From the NCBI GenBank assembly GCA_963662945.1, contig OY759974.1, forward strand, positions 2,368,001 to 2,432,000: a DNA stretch of 64,000 nucleotides, given 5' to 3'. The notes beneath the pieces were generated by a model. It was given only the letters and a program-made list of their open reading frames with translations. It did no database searches and was not told the DNA's origin. The DNA is from Arcobacteraceae bacterium. GTDB taxonomy: Bacteria > Campylobacterota > Campylobacteria > Campylobacterales > Arcobacteraceae. This document shows, piece after piece, positions 32,383-41,817 of this stretch (its first letter is position 1; each line of letters begins with the position of its first letter). The position numbers were made by a program, and so were the translations under genes.

Positions 32383-32946
32383 ATGGCTAGAACATTAATG
32401 AGATTTACAGGTGTTGGTGGACAAGGTGTTCTTCTTGCTGGTGAGATTTTTGCAGCTGCAAAAATCAAAACTGGTGGACACGGACTAAAAACAGCTACAT
32501 ATACATCACAAGTAAGAGGTGGACCAACTGTTGTTGATATCACTTTAGATGATGAAGAGATTTTTTACCCTTATGCAAATGATGGAGAGATTGACTTTAT
32601 GCTTTCTGTTGCACAAGTAAGTTTTGACCTGTTTAAAGGTGGGGTATCTGAGGGTGGTACAATTGTTATTGAACCAAACCTTGTAAAAGCTACAGAAGAA
32701 GATAGAAAAAAATGGAATATCGTAGAGATACCAATTATTACTATAGCAAAAGAAGAGGTTGGTAATGTTATTACTCAATCTGTTATTGCTCTTGCTATTG
32801 CTAATAACTTTATGAGTGCTATTGATAAAGACGTTCTTAGAGAAGTTATGCTTTCTAAAGTACCTGCAAAAGTACATGATGTAAATATTAAAGCGTATGA
32901 TTTAGGATATAAATATTCTGATGAAGCAAAAGCTGCAATGAAATAA
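32383..32946 (+). CDS. oorC: 2-oxoglutarate:ferredoxin oxidoreductase gamma subunit
   Basis: GVGGQGV, YTSQVRGG. Confidence 0.95.
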   Translation: MARTLMRFTGVGGQGVLLAGEIFAAAKIKTGGHGLKTATYTSQVRGGPTVVDITLDDEEIFYPYANDGEIDFMLSVAQVSFDLFKGGVSEGGTIVIEPNLVKATEEDRKKWNIVEIPIITIAKEEVGNVITQSVIALAIANNFMSAIDKDVLREVMLSKVPAKVHDVNIKAYDLGYKYSDEAKAAMK

Positions 32947-32963
32947 TTTTCTTTTATAGATAT

Positions 32964-32998
32964 AAAAAAAGGGTGCTATGTTTATAGCACCCTTTTTT
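32964..32998. terminator. Bidirectional intrinsic terminator
   Basis: A7-GGGTGCTAT-gttt-ATAGCACCC-T6. Confidence 0.9.
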
Positions 32999-33013
32999 AT
33001 TGTTTGCTAGTAG

Positions 33014-33154
33014 TTAATTATCATTTTCATAAAAATCTTCGTCATCATCCTCATTTTCATCGTCAAAACCATTAATCCCATATAAATCATCTTCGTAGTC
33101 TGGGAAATAATCGTCTAAAATATCATCTTCATCTTCAAAATCATCATCATACAT
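33014..33154 (-). CDS. 46-aa highly acidic peptide (not in ORF track)
   Basis: Hand translation MYDDDFEDEDDILDDYFPDYEDDLYGINGFDDENEDDDEDFYENDN; AAAGGAG RBS 6 nt before the ATG; terminator just past the stop. Confidence 0.8.
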   Translation of the reverse strand: MYDDDFEDEDDILDDYFPDYEDDLYGINGFDDENEDDDEDFYENDN

Positions 33155-33275
33155 AGGTTACTCCTTTGAGGTTATAATTTAATATTCAAAATATATCATT
33201 TTTGAGATAAAAAAAGAGTCTGTATGATGTTTAATATTAATACCCAAAAATCTTCATAAGTATTTTTGATATACA

Positions 33276-33376
33276 CCCAAACTGCAAGTTGGGGATGAGG
33301 GAAGTATTTGTGTTTGGTTGGAGTGATGAGTTTTTAGTATGTATCCCCAACTACAAGTTGGGAACGAGGGAAATAT
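33276..33376. repeat. Pair of 32-bp palindromic REP-like direct repeats
   Basis: 33276-33307 and 33345-33376 match at 27/32; core CCCAACT-aca-AGTTGGG; 37-nt gap. Confidence 0.75.
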
Positions 33377-33392
33377 GAGGGAGAATATTTAA

Positions 33393-34274
33393 TTATATTC
33401 CTTCATTGTCAAAAAAATCATTATCTAATATTTTAACTTCGTAATAACTTTGAACTTGTACACCTACATTGTACTTATGCATTAAATCTACTAGTTTAGA
33501 GCCACTAATTAAAATAATTGTATGGTGTGCTTCTTTTGCTTTAATTTTAGCATTTTCATCAAAAGAAGATGTTGTAACAAAAATACCTTTTCTTGTGTCT
33601 CCGCTCATTGCACCAATAAAGTTTCTTATATCAGTTTCTCTTACTTTATTTTCACTATATCTTTTAGCTTGAATATATATTTTTTCTAATCCTAGTTGAT
33701 CTTCGTTAATTATACCATCAATTCCACCATCTCTTGATTTAGTTGTTTCAACAAAATCTCCATACCCCATTTTTTTCAAAAGTATTAAAATGATTTTTTC
33801 AAAGGCATAAGGATCCACCTCTTTAAGTTTTGTAAGTAATTCATCTTTAATTTCACTTTCAATTTTAGCAATTCCTGAATCAATTAAATCTTGAGGAGTA
33901 GCATTGTTTTGAACATCTATATTTGAAGTATTACTTGGTTGCTCTGGTTCATAAAATGATATAACATTTGATTCAATTTGTTGTAAAGATAAATTGTTAG
34001 GATTAACCTTTTTACCTTTTTCAGTAATTTGAATGTGCCCTCTTTGCGGATAATGAACTAGTCCACCTTTTTTTAAATAAGATTTCCCCCAAGCTATTCT
34101 ATTTTCAATTAATCTACCACCACTCTTTGTCGTTTGTGATAATAATTCACTAGGTAAATTTTTATAGTATTTTTCTTCAACTTTTTTAATTAAATCTCTA
34201 CTTTTTAATATTTGACCATCTTTTAAGATTTCAAGTATAGGTAAAAAAGTTTCATTAAATTTTGGTATTTCCAT
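33393..34274 (-). CDS. mrr: Mrr family type IV restriction endonuclease
   Basis: N-terminal wHTH (ENRIAWGKSYLKKGGL); catalytic DGGIDG...YIQAKRY; FVTTSSF. Confidence 0.92.
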   Translation of the reverse strand: MEIPKFNETFLPILEILKDGQILKSRDLIKKVEEKYYKNLPSELLSQTTKSGGRLIENRIAWGKSYLKKGGLVHYPQRGHIQITEKGKKVNPNNLSLQQIESNVISFYEPEQPSNTSNIDVQNNATPQDLIDSGIAKIESEIKDELLTKLKEVDPYAFEKIILILLKKMGYGDFVETTKSRDGGIDGIINEDQLGLEKIYIQAKRYSENKVRETDIRNFIGAMSGDTRKGIFVTTSSFDENAKIKAKEAHHTIILISGSKLVDLMHKYNVGVQVQSYYEVKILDNDFFDNEGI

Positions 34275-34314
34275 TATTTCTCCGATATTTATTATTTGTG
34301 CAATAATTTATATT

Positions 34315-36129
34315 TTATACAATTCCCCAATAATCAATAAACTCATCATCCACATCTATAATCTTTCTCTTTCTCAAATCCTCAATCACACTTGTTGTAC
34401 ACACAACATCATCTGGCCATCTTCGCTGAAAGTTATCATGTGAGTTTTTATTTGTAGCATCTATACTTATTGTATGCCCATCTATATAGATATCTCTATT
34501 GCTATCTATATTGTTTACAACTCTCCATACTAGCATATATGGATTGTCTAAAGTATTGTTTTTCTCATCTACTATTGCTAATATTTTGATATGTGAGAAT
34601 AGGGGTTTTAGTTCCTCTATGAGGTACTTTTGACTTCTGTTTTTTTCTACACTTATTACTACTATTGGATTCTTTGTATTTGTGTAGTATTGTTTTAAAC
34701 CTTTGATATCTTTTGAGATATTTTGCATCTTTTCTAAGAGTAGGGTATCTTCTAAAACGTCAATACCAAGTTCCTCTATCTCATCCCCTGTACAATCAAC
34801 TCCAAGCTTTCCACCAATAGCAAACTTAGGACTACTATGGTCAAGTGCATCTACTACACCTTTTGTGATAAGGAGTTCTTCTGCATTTACTCTATTTAAG
34901 ATATATGGGATAATCTCATCACTAGATAACTCTGGTGCATCTTGATTTACGAAAATTGCATGTTTTACAAAACTCATCTGACCTACACCCCAAAATGCAT
35001 GCATAATTTGTTGTGCGTGACCTGGGTAGGCTGTTTTTATTTTTCCTAAGATAAGGTTGTGAAATACACCATTTTCAGGCATATAGTAATCACATAAATC
35101 AGGGGCTGTAGTTTGAAGTAGTGGAAGGAATATTCTCTCTGTAGCATGACCCATATATTTATCTTCTAAAAGCGGTTTCCCTACAACAGTTGCTGCAAAT
35201 ACTGGGTTTTTCTTAGATGTGATGGCTGTTACTTCTAAAAATGGATACTCCTCTTCTAGGGTATAATATCCAGTATGATCTCCAAAAGGTCCTTCAATTC
35301 GCATATTCTCAACATCTACAAACCCCTCTATTACAAAGTCCACATCGTGTGGTACATAGATGTCATTAGTTATAGATTTTACAAGTTTTGCATTTTCTTT
35401 TTTTACAAAACCATAAAGCATGAGTTCAAATACACCAATAGGAAGTGGAGCTTGTCCACACCAAATATACATAGGATCACCACCGATACCAATACTTACA
35501 GGCATTTTTTTGCCAGCTTTTTTATACTCGTGGAAGAAGTGGTTTGAGTCTTTATGGATTTGCCAATGCATCCCTAAAGTTTGGTCATCATACACTTGCA
35601 GTCTATACATCCCTACATTGTGCATCTTTCCATCTAAGCTTGTTGTATACACTTGCCCCATAGTGATGAATGGACCTCCATCTTGCTCCCAAGTAGTAAG
35701 GATTGGTAAGTCACTAAGTTTTGCTTCACTTCCTGTTTTTATAATCTGTTGACATTCCCCTTTCCCACTTAATCTTTTTGGAAATACCGATTTGAGATTG
35801 AAAAGTTGCCCAAACATAGAGAGCTTATCCATAAAACCACTTGGTGGTTTCATCTTCAATAGGCTTTGAATCTCAGCTGCTATTGTATCCCCATCTCCTA
35901 TGAAAAGCTCTACCGCTTCTTCATTACAAAAAACATTCATTAAAACAGGTGTTGTAAACTCTTTATGATTTTTTTTATCTATAGGATTTGTAAAAAGAAG
36001 CGCTTTGCTATCCTCTTTTTTTACTTCTATATAGGCAATATGTGGAATCTCTAAGTAAATATCAAGAGGTTCATCGATAACTTTTAGTAAATTGTGTTGT
36101 TTTAATTGTTTTATTATTTTATCTTCCAT
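34315..36129 (-). CDS. UbiD-family decarboxylase, menaquinone (futalosine pathway) type
   Basis: NVGMYRLQ, EGPFGDHTGYY, DALDH; start moved to ATG 36129, 7 nt after TGaTATAAT. Confidence 0.9.
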   Translation of the reverse strand: MEDKIIKQLKQHNLLKVIDEPLDIYLEIPHIAYIEVKKEDSKALLFTNPIDKKNHKEFTTPVLMNVFCNEEAVELFIGDGDTIAAEIQSLLKMKPPSGFMDKLSMFGQLFNLKSVFPKRLSGKGECQQIIKTGSEAKLSDLPILTTWEQDGGPFITMGQVYTTSLDGKMHNVGMYRLQVYDDQTLGMHWQIHKDSNHFFHEYKKAGKKMPVSIGIGGDPMYIWCGQAPLPIGVFELMLYGFVKKENAKLVKSITNDIYVPHDVDFVIEGFVDVENMRIEGPFGDHTGYYTLEEEYPFLEVTAITSKKNPVFAATVVGKPLLEDKYMGHATERIFLPLLQTTAPDLCDYYMPENGVFHNLILGKIKTAYPGHAQQIMHAFWGVGQMSFVKHAIFVNQDAPELSSDEIIPYILNRVNAEELLITKGVVDALDHSSPKFAIGGKLGVDCTGDEIEELGIDVLEDTLLLEKMQNISKDIKGLKQYYTNTKNPIVVISVEKNRSQKYLIEELKPLFSHIKILAIVDEKNNTLDNPYMLVWRVVNNIDSNRDIYIDGHTISIDATNKNSHDNFQRRWPDDVVCTTSVIEDLRKRKIIDVDDEFIDYWGIV

Positions 36130-36365
36130 GGAAATTATTATATCAAAGTGAGGCACGAAACTTCCTGAAAACGAGCTGGAATTTTCCTGAAAAACAACTA
36201 TAAATTAATATGATTTTAGTATCTCTTAATAGTATTTTTTGACAAATTCAAAAAAAGAAAACAATTCAGATTAACTCAGTAGTACCTAACAATGAATATG
36301 TAATAATATTCGAAAGTAAATAGTATTCATTATGGCGTAAAATTAGAAATAAGGTTTTTTTAGGT

Positions 36366-38342
36366 ATGATAGATAGGATAAATAAGTTACATGTAGATTC
36401 TGCAGATATTAAGATGTTGTATGTAGAAGATGACTTAGTAGCACAAGAACAAACTTTAGAATTTCTAAAAAAAATATTTGATAATCTTTATATTGCCAAT
36501 GATGGAAAAGAGGGTTTAAATAAATTCCAAGATAATGAAATAGATATGGTTATTACAGCCATAGATATACCAAAATTAAATGGAATGGAGATGCTCAAAA
36601 AGATAAAAAAGCAGAATCAAAACTGTCATACTATAGTTTTATCCAAACACAATGAAGCTGATATATTACTTCAATCTATCCAACTTAATGTAGATGGATA
36701 TATTTTAAAACCTCTTGATTTTGAGCAACTCCTTGATACTATAGAAAAAGTGGTTGAAAAATTTAAATTTGAATACGAAGCAAAAAATCACGAATATTAC
36801 CTTGAACAATATTTATCGCTTCTTGATAAAAGTGGTGTTATCTCTAAAACAGATACAGAAGGTGTTATCACTTATGTAAATGATAGTTTTTGTAAGATAA
36901 GTGGATATAAAAGAGAGGAACTCATAGGGCAAAAACATAGTATCACAAGACATCATGAAAATACAAATGACATATATGAAGAGATGTGGAATAATATAAA
37001 AATTAAAGAGGAGCCTTGGGAAGGGGTTGTTAAAAATAAATCAAAAAGTGGAAGTTCCTACTATGTAAGAACCATTATTACCCCTATTAAAGATATTAAA
37101 GGTGAAGTTGTAGAGTATGTGGCTGTTAGAGATAATTTAAATGCTATTATAGATGATAAAAAATACCTTTTTGAACAAATAGAGGAAAATCACCTCTCAA
37201 TTTTAGTTTTACTCCAAATAGATGAATTTGATATGCTAGAAAAATTTTATAATGCTGCGACAGTTGATCAAGTGGAGAAAAATTTTGCACTTAACCTTTT
37301 GTCGTATCTTCCTCAAGAATATAGATTTGAAAATGTTTATGCAATGGGGAATGGGGCTTTCGCTTTATTGACAGAGTTTAATGATTTTCATGATACGAAA
37401 CTTAATATTGATGAGTATCTTAATAAATTTGTGGATAATGTAAAAAATTCTCATTTAGAATTTGATGATATAGAGTTTGATATTCATATTACTGTAAGCT
37501 ATGCTATTGGGAAGTTTATGCTTTATGAAGATGCAAAAGAGGGACTAGATAATGCTTTAAAAGCAAAAACAAAAGTGAATTTTTCAAATGACTCTTCTAT
37601 TGTTGCTTCACAAGAAGCAAAAGAAAATTTAGAGATGATTAGAACTGTAAAAATTGCACTGGATAACTATAATGTAGTCTCATACTTTCAACCAATTATA
37701 AATAACAAAACAAAAGAAGTTGAAAAATATGAATCATTGGTGAGACTGATTGATGAAAGTGGGGAGATACTTTCTCCATTTCATTTTTTACATATCTCTA
37801 AAAAAGGGAACTATTACAGTAAAATAACCCAAAGGGTGTTAGAAAATTCTTTTAAAATTTTACATACTATAAATACAAAACTTTCTATAAATATCTCAGC
37901 TAAGGATATAGAAAAAGAGCAAACTAGGATACAAATATTTGCCCTTTTAGAGCAATATAAAGATGATGCACATAGAATAGTTTTTGAACTTTTAGAAGAT
38001 GAAAATGTAACTGATTTAAAGATGATCAAAGATTTTATTTACGAGGTAAAAAGCAAAGGGGTTCAAATAGCTATTGATGATTTTGGTGCAGGATATTCTA
38101 ATTTTGAAAGAATCCTTGAATTTGACCCAGATATAGTTAAAATAGATGGCTCTTTGGTAAAAAACATAGAAAATGATACTTTTAGTAGAAATATAGTTGA
38201 GACAATAGTTCTTTTTGCTAAAAAACAGAATATTGAAACTATTGCAGAATATGTGGAAAATGAAACAATTTTTAATATTCTAAATGAGATAGGAGTTGAT
38301 TATTCACAAGGATATTATTTTGGAAAGCCAGAAGAGTTATAG
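36366..38342 (+). CDS. REC-PAS-degenerate GGDEF-EAL protein (probable c-di-GMP phosphodiesterase)
   Basis: Receiver-like N-terminus; PAS/PAC; GNGAF in place of GGDEF; FQPI, ESLVRL, IDDFGAGYSN, QGYYF. Confidence 0.88.
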   Translation: MIDRINKLHVDSADIKMLYVEDDLVAQEQTLEFLKKIFDNLYIANDGKEGLNKFQDNEIDMVITAIDIPKLNGMEMLKKIKKQNQNCHTIVLSKHNEADILLQSIQLNVDGYILKPLDFEQLLDTIEKVVEKFKFEYEAKNHEYYLEQYLSLLDKSGVISKTDTEGVITYVNDSFCKISGYKREELIGQKHSITRHHENTNDIYEEMWNNIKIKEEPWEGVVKNKSKSGSSYYVRTIITPIKDIKGEVVEYVAVRDNLNAIIDDKKYLFEQIEENHLSILVLLQIDEFDMLEKFYNAATVDQVEKNFALNLLSYLPQEYRFENVYAMGNGAFALLTEFNDFHDTKLNIDEYLNKFVDNVKNSHLEFDDIEFDIHITVSYAIGKFMLYEDAKEGLDNALKAKTKVNFSNDSSIVASQEAKENLEMIRTVKIALDNYNVVSYFQPIINNKTKEVEKYESLVRLIDESGEILSPFHFLHISKKGNYYSKITQRVLENSFKILHTINTKLSINISAKDIEKEQTRIQIFALLEQYKDDAHRIVFELLEDENVTDLKMIKDFIYEVKSKGVQIAIDDFGAGYSNFERILEFDPDIVKIDGSLVKNIENDTFSRNIVETIVLFAKKQNIETIAEYVENETIFNILNEIGVDYSQGYYFGKPEEL

Positions 38343-38351
38343 CTATTCTGG

Positions 38352-39626
38352 TTAGATATTTCTTTCAATTTTTTTTTCTAATAACTCAAGATGAACAATA
38401 AGATTATAATATTCTCCTTTGTATGAAAGAGGAACTTGTGTTTTTGTTTGTATTTCATCTTTTAAAGTTTCTATCTCTTTTTTTATTTCATCTCGATTTT
38501 CATTATTGTTTATTTTTCTGTTAAGTATGTCTAGTTTTTCATACCATCGATATATTTTAGCACGTGTAGTTATAACATATAAAGGGATGATACTTTTAAA
38601 TAGAGGAATAATAAGCCAAATAAGTGGGATGATAAGAAGTTTTAGTCTATCAATATTTGAAGCCACCCAATATGGAAATATCTTTTCAAGCCAAGATTCT
38701 CCATTGAGCAAGTAAAGTTCTGCATCATCATTTATAACAGTATCTATATGTTTTGAATTTAAAAATTCATCTGCATTTTGGAAAAATGTTTTTCCTCCAT
38801 GGATTTGTTGTACTTTTTTTAAGAAGATTCTTATAAGTTCACCAGGTAGATCTGGATTACACACAAGGTTTTGTGTTGTACTTAATAGATTTACATCTTT
38901 TGATGGAAGATTTTTGTATAAATCAATACTTCCCTCATACAGTTTTAATGCAATAAGATAATCAAATTTTTGTGTATAAGCATTGATCCGTTTTAAACTC
39001 ATTAGTTCTATATCAGGGTCTGCAAGAAGTGCTTGAATATTTGGATTGTCTTTTGTAGCAAGTGTTATAAAAATATCTATTTTTTTATTTTTAAGTTGTT
39101 TTAATGCATCTTCATCATAGATATAAGTTGTATTTACATTCTCTATTAAACCATTTGATAGAGAAAGTTTTTGTGCTAAATCATAGGTACCATCATTTGT
39201 CATACTGATACCTAAATTTTTTCCTGTAGCTTCAATAAGATAATTTAAACTATAACCATCATTTCTATAAAATATCCAAAGTGGTTCATAATATACACTA
39301 GCTAGAGATTCAAAGTTATATTCTCTTTTGTTTATAAGTAATCCACTATGTACAAATCCTATATCAGCTTTTTTTGTATCTAGATATCCAATAGTGTCTA
39401 AACTACCAAGAGTAGGTATCACTTCAAGATCAACACCTTCTGGTTCTAGAAGTGCCTTATAAGAGATGGCATAAGCATAGCTATCACTCCCCACAGCACC
39501 AGTTGCAATTCTAAGTGTTTTTTTAGCTACTGGGGCAGTAAGTTGAATATATACAAAAGAGATTATTAATAAGATAATAAATATGATAATCCAAACTTTT
39601 GAAATATTGTCAAATATTTTTTTCAT
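38352..39626 (-). CDS. TAXI-family solute-binding protein with C-terminal membrane extension
   Basis: IATGAVGSDSY, TLGSLD, YYEPLWIFYR; N-terminal anchor and second hydrophobic segment LLIIPLIWLIIPL. Confidence 0.8.
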   Translation of the reverse strand: MKKIFDNISKVWIIIFIILLIISFVYIQLTAPVAKKTLRIATGAVGSDSYAYAISYKALLEPEGVDLEVIPTLGSLDTIGYLDTKKADIGFVHSGLLINKREYNFESLASVYYEPLWIFYRNDGYSLNYLIEATGKNLGISMTNDGTYDLAQKLSLSNGLIENVNTTYIYDEDALKQLKNKKIDIFITLATKDNPNIQALLADPDIELMSLKRINAYTQKFDYLIALKLYEGSIDLYKNLPSKDVNLLSTTQNLVCNPDLPGELIRIFLKKVQQIHGGKTFFQNADEFLNSKHIDTVINDDAELYLLNGESWLEKIFPYWVASNIDRLKLLIIPLIWLIIPLFKSIIPLYVITTRAKIYRWYEKLDILNRKINNNENRDEIKKEIETLKDEIQTKTQVPLSYKGEYYNLIVHLELLEKKIERNI

Positions 39627-39787
39627 AATAGTACCTTTTGTATATATAAATCGTTACAATAAAGAGAAACTATTGTACTATAATTGAATTAAATTTGATA
39701 TTAGTAATAAAATAAATGCTACAATATTTAGAAGTGAAGGTAGGTTTGAGAATAAACTTTAATATATAGTTAAGAAGGAAAATATTT

Positions 39788-41815
39788 ATGGGTGAGATGT
39801 CTATTGCAACAAAAATATTTGTTGTTGTTTTAGTTGAAATTATTATATCAACTGTTATTCTAACAACACAGTCTACGCATACCATAAAAAATATGGCAAA
39901 TGATGATATTCAAAGATATGAAACACAAGTGATTGAAGCAAAGAAACTGTCTCTTCAAAACTATGTTGAACTTGCCAAAGATGTACTTCAGTTATATAAA
40001 AATAAAGTAACTTCTACTACAACAGAAGAACAATTACTGCAAATAAAGAATGATGCAGTAAAAGCTATAGACTCAATGTTATATGGGGATGATACTGGAT
40101 ATATTTTTGTATGGACATTTGATGGTGTACCTTTAGCATACAATACACGACCAGATTTAGTTGGTAAAAATCTTTTGAATATTCAAGGGGGTGGCGGTAA
40201 ATTTGTTATAAAAGATCTTATAAAAATTGCTAAAGAAACAGATGGTGGTTTTTATGAATATCAGTGGAGAACTGTTAAAGATAGTCCTTATCAAAGAAAA
40301 ATTTCTTATGTTTATGGAGATAAAGATTGGAAATGGATGATAGGTACAGGGGAATATTTAGCCAATGAAGAATTAGAGATAGCCTATAAGAAAGAACAAA
40401 TACTGACTAATACAAAACATTTGGTTAATACAACTTTATTGAGTGCTCTAGCACTTATTTTAATAGTAGCACTTATTTTATTTATAGTAATGAAAAGTAT
40501 TATAAATAAACCACTTCAAAATTTACAAAATGGATTAGATAATTTTTTTGCATTTTTAAAGAATAAAGAAAAAAAGATTTTGCCCATAAAAATCATTTCA
40601 AATGATGAAATAGGCAATATGACACAATCAATCAATGAAAACATAAGTGTAAGTGCACAACTACATAAAGATATAGAAGAACAAAAGTTACGATTTCAAC
40701 TAGCAATAGAAGGTTCTAATGACGGTTTGTTTGACTGGGATGTGGCACATGATACTATTTATTTTTCTTCAAGATGGAAGTCTATGTTGGGATATGAAAA
40801 AGAGGAGATAGAAGATAGTTTCAATGAATGGTTAAAAAGAGTACATATTGATGATAAAGAAACTTTACAAAATGATATTACGGCACATTTTGAAGGTAAA
40901 ACAGAAGTATATGAAAATACACATAGATTACAACATAAGAATGGAAGTTGGGTATGGATACTTTCAAGAGGAAAAGCTCATAGAGATAATACAGGTAAAG
41001 TTATTCGAATGGTTGGTTCTCATTCTGATGTAACAGAGATCACAAATTATAGAAACTCTTTACAACAAAAAGTACAAGAACAATTAGAAATTATACGCTC
41101 TCAAGATCATCAATTACTCGAACAAGCAAAACTGGCATCACTTGGAGGTATGCTTTCTAATATAGCGCATCAATGGAGTCAGCCACTTCATATTATCTCA
41201 ACAAGCGTATCAAATATTATGCTTCAAAAGGAATTTGATGAATTAACGTTAGATGAAGTAGTTGAACATATGGAAATAATCACAAAACAGATTGAGTATT
41301 TATCTAATACAATAGAAACATTTAGAGGTTTTGTAAGTGAAGATGAAAATTTTAAGGAGCTTAATCTTCAAAAAGCAATAACATCAACTTTAGATATTGT
41401 TCGTTCCTCTTTTGAAAATGATTCTATAGAGATTCAAGATATGTTGGATTATAAACAAAATACGATATTAGAGTTAAGTGAAAGTGGTTTATCTCAAGTA
41501 CTTTTAAATATTTTTACAAATGCCAAAGATATTTTGATAAAAAATAAAATTAAAAATCCTTGGGTGAAAATAATCTTAGAAGATAATGAAGATGAAATAA
41601 TTCTTTCTATAGAAGATAATGGTGGTGGTATTGCACAAAATGATATTAAAAAAGTATTTGAGCCATATTTTACTACAAAACATAAGGCACAAGGTATTGG
41701 TCTTAGTCTTCATACAAGTTATAAAATAGTAACGGAAAGTTTTCATGGAAAACTTTATGTAAAAAATACAGAAAATGGAGCAAAGTTTTTTATAGAGTTA
41801 CCTAGAAAAAGATAA
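39788..41815 (+). CDS. Cache-domain / PAS sensor histidine kinase
   Basis: Cache domain (GYIFVW...WKWMIGTGEY), TM segment, PAS (DGLFDW...WILSRG), IAHQWSQPL, DNGGG. Confidence 0.9.
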   Translation: MGEMSIATKIFVVVLVEIIISTVILTTQSTHTIKNMANDDIQRYETQVIEAKKLSLQNYVELAKDVLQLYKNKVTSTTTEEQLLQIKNDAVKAIDSMLYGDDTGYIFVWTFDGVPLAYNTRPDLVGKNLLNIQGGGGKFVIKDLIKIAKETDGGFYEYQWRTVKDSPYQRKISYVYGDKDWKWMIGTGEYLANEELEIAYKKEQILTNTKHLVNTTLLSALALILIVALILFIVMKSIINKPLQNLQNGLDNFFAFLKNKEKKILPIKIISNDEIGNMTQSINENISVSAQLHKDIEEQKLRFQLAIEGSNDGLFDWDVAHDTIYFSSRWKSMLGYEKEEIEDSFNEWLKRVHIDDKETLQNDITAHFEGKTEVYENTHRLQHKNGSWVWILSRGKAHRDNTGKVIRMVGSHSDVTEITNYRNSLQQKVQEQLEIIRSQDHQLLEQAKLASLGGMLSNIAHQWSQPLHIISTSVSNIMLQKEFDELTLDEVVEHMEIITKQIEYLSNTIETFRGFVSEDENFKELNLQKAITSTLDIVRSSFENDSIEIQDMLDYKQNTILELSESGLSQVLLNIFTNAKDILIKNKIKNPWVKIILEDNEDEIILSIEDNGGGIAQNDIKKVFEPYFTTKHKAQGIGLSLHTSYKIVTESFHGKLYVKNTENGAKFFIELPRKR

Positions 41816-41817
41816 CT

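Noticed and set aside
33276-33376. Mini CRISPR array (32-bp repeats, 37-bp spacer)
   Set aside because: Only two repeats, five mismatches, no cas genes; REP-like palindromes fit better
36130-36156. Track N-terminal extension MPHFDIIIS of the UbiD-family gene
   Set aside because: The stretch contains the TGaTATAAT promoter element; ATG 36129 is more plausible
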